A stretch of 64,000 nt of DNA from Raja brachyura (taxonomy: Eukaryota). Numbering within the stretch: the stretch's first letter is position 1; every line of letters starts with the position of its first letter. Positions 61,616 to 64,000 of the stretch are shown piece after piece. Below the pieces are notes generated by a model. The model did no database searches and was not told the origin of the DNA. It saw only the letters and a program-made list of their open reading frames with translations. The position numbers and the translations under genes were made by a program. Location of the stretch: NCBI GenBank assembly GCA_963514005.1, contig OY740802.1, forward strand, positions 25,668,001-25,732,000, given 5' to 3'.

Positions 61616-64000
61616 TATTTAGGATGATTAGCAACGAAAAGACTTTGAACACACTTTAAAAGAAACCGCAGTGGAGCCATTTCACCAGCTCAGTCCCCAC
61701 CATCCACTTTCCCCCTGGGTTGTGTCATTCCCGAATAAATCACGTCAGTCATACAAAATGTTCTCACCCACAGCAGTCCACTCACTTGACATAATGCACA
61801 GCTTTAGCCTCATTAATCAGAGATTACGGGAGGGTGAGGTAATAAGGCCGACCATTTTCCTTTTTAAACTGCTGCCGTTTATTATGGTGACTGTCACAGG
61901 TTTCTCCTTGCATTAACTGCTCTGCACGCCTAACGTATTGTGGCACTGATTAAAAGAAACACTCACACAGTGGTCAATTGTCACCAAAACACTCGACTGA
62001 AAATACTCCCTTTCTCAAAAAAAACGTTAAGTCAACAATTAAATTAAAAGGAAAACATTCAGAACCTTAATCAAAGCCATTAAAGCAACCACATCAAACC
62101 AAATCACTGCTGATTGACCAAAGATGTTTCATACAGTTTGGTATTTGGGCAAAGACTTGCTATAGGAATTAGTGGTTATGGCACTGCCAGAGAATACTGC
62201 AAAGAGACCTTCATGGAGTTCACTTACTGCCTTATGAAGGGCTCTTTTGATGATCTAGGTTTGGCTAAAGTCGGTCATTGCTTGACTTTAGAGGGGGTTT
62301 GTGTTTCTGCCTCCGTCACAGTTCTTGCAAAACCCTTTGACTCTCCACTCCTTCCCCTCGACTTCCCATCCCAACTGTGTTTAACTATACCACCAAACTT
62401 GGCTATGGCTATGTATACTTTTATAGATGTGGAGATTAACATTCAAACAACTTTACAAAGCTGTTTTGAGCAGCAATGTGTTTATCCTCGAGCCACATTT
62501 CATTACTCTTTGAAATAAAGGCGCTCAGATTTAGCAAAGTGACTATTAGCAGACACGCATGAAATACCCTTGTCTGTTTTTTTTTTTACAGACAAAGTGA
62601 TGACCTGTTGGCTCAGGCACCTTGATTAAAATAATGGATGCTCAAATGTTATCCAGTAAACCAAGACCGCAGATCCACGACACGAAGGGACGAAGCTGCT
62701 GCCTTACAGTGCCAGACCCGGGTTCCATCCTGTCTGCGGGTGCCGTCTGTACAGAGTTTGTATGTTCTCCCTGTGACCGTGTGGGTTTTCTCTGGGAGCT
62801 CCGGTTTCATCCTACACACCAAACCGACAGGTTTGTAGGTTAATTGGTTTTGGTAAAATTGTCACTAGTATTTAAGATAGTGCTAATTACGGGGATCGCT
62901 GGTCGGTGCAGACTCGGTGGGCCGAAGGCCCTGTCTCTCTCAAGTCAAGTAAACTAAAGCAACTTTCCCCCCTCTATAGCACATTCTAATTTCCTCCATC
63001 AATGAAACTCTTGAAGCTACTCCCTAAACTTCTTCATCTCTTCCTGCTCCTCTCAATCAGTTGTTAAAACCTACTTGTTATTGGAAAGATGTTGTCAAGC
63101 TGGAAAGAGTGCAGAATATTTACGAGGGTGTTGCAAGGTTTCGAGGGCCTGAGCTATAGGGAAAGGTTGAGCAGGCGAGGATTTTATTTCTTGGAGCGCA
63201 GGAGGATGAGGGGTTAACAGAGGTGTACAAAATCATGAGAGGAATCAATCTGGTAAATACAGAGTCTTTTCATCCAGATCCAGAGTAGGGGAATCGAGAA
63301 CCAGGTTTAAGGTGAGGGGGGAAAGATTTAATAGGAACCCCAGGGTGTCTTTTTTTTTTCATAAAGTGAGGTGGGTGTTTGGAGCGAGCTACTGGAGGAG
63401 GTAGATGAGGCCGGTACTATTGCAACATTTAAGAAACATTTAGACAGGTACATGGATAGGACAGGTTTAGCGGCTAAACGCGGGCAGGTGGGAAAGTTGG
63501 ACAGAAGGGCCTGTTTCCACGCTGTATGACTATGACTCTGCCACTTTTATCAAGCCTTTATCCCCATCCGTCCCATCAGCTCTCACATATGTTGGTCAAA
63601 ATTAGTCACGTAATGTTCCAGAGAGGCACTTTGGTGTTACAATGTTAAGGTGTTGTTGAAGCCTAACTTTGTTGTTCCTTCATGAATGAAAAGCCTATAA
63701 TCACACAAACGAAGCGCTGGTGATATAATTATTATAGCTCTTCCATTTCCCAATGGCGAGCTTGCTTTAAATCTGTTCGGAACACCAGTGCCCAGAGGAC
63801 CAAGATAAATAAAGAAATCCATTATTCCAAGGCAATTCCAGACATGAGAATTGTGACCAGATTATATGACTGAATGTTGCCTTTGGTTCGGCTCCAGTTT
63901 TCCAAATAAGACTGGGGTCAGAATAGTCAGGGTAACAAGTGACTAGTCATTGACAATATCAAGCAAGGAAAAATCGAACCAATTTACAAGCGCTGTAGCT

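Noticed and set aside
47490-64000. Search for the next upstream UQCC1 exon (PDTF.SWF...LHVW)
   Set aside because: No matching exon was seen by eye. It probably lies beyond the window end.

Overview
Eukaryotic, repeat-dense vertebrate DNA, most likely from a cartilaginous fish such as a skate or ray. This is inferred from HE1-type V-SINEs, HER1/CR1 LINEs, Rex1/Babar LINE fragments and Penelope-like pLTRs. Most ORFs in the track are repeat noise. The host gene is UQCC1 (Cbp3 homologue) on the minus strand. Its last four coding exons were reconstructed by hand at 47378-47486, 18777-18854, 15886-15999 and 7982-8116, all with GT-AG boundaries and consistent phases. Its ~28.5 kb intron contains a structurally complete, very young 5.3 kb DIRS1-type tyrosine-recombinase retrotransposon (23300-28597). 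The element has gag, RT/RNaseH/MT, a YR ORF with one nonsense codon, 35-bp ITRs, an internal complementary region, and a 3-bp AAT crossover core with no TSD. The most interesting signal is inside this element. Paired splice donors and acceptors would remove gag, or remove almost exactly the RT ORF and join its ATG in frame to the recombinase. A U_UUU_UUA slippery heptamer at the gag/pol junction would shift -1 into the RT frame. Other observations are hammerhead-ribozyme-like cores in many Penelope pLTR palindromes, an LSM14-like gene fragment, three PIF/Harbinger-type MITEs, and repeat-free intronic islands that are candidate GDF5 enhancers. All identifications come from reading the sequence and recalled family knowledge; no database searches were run.
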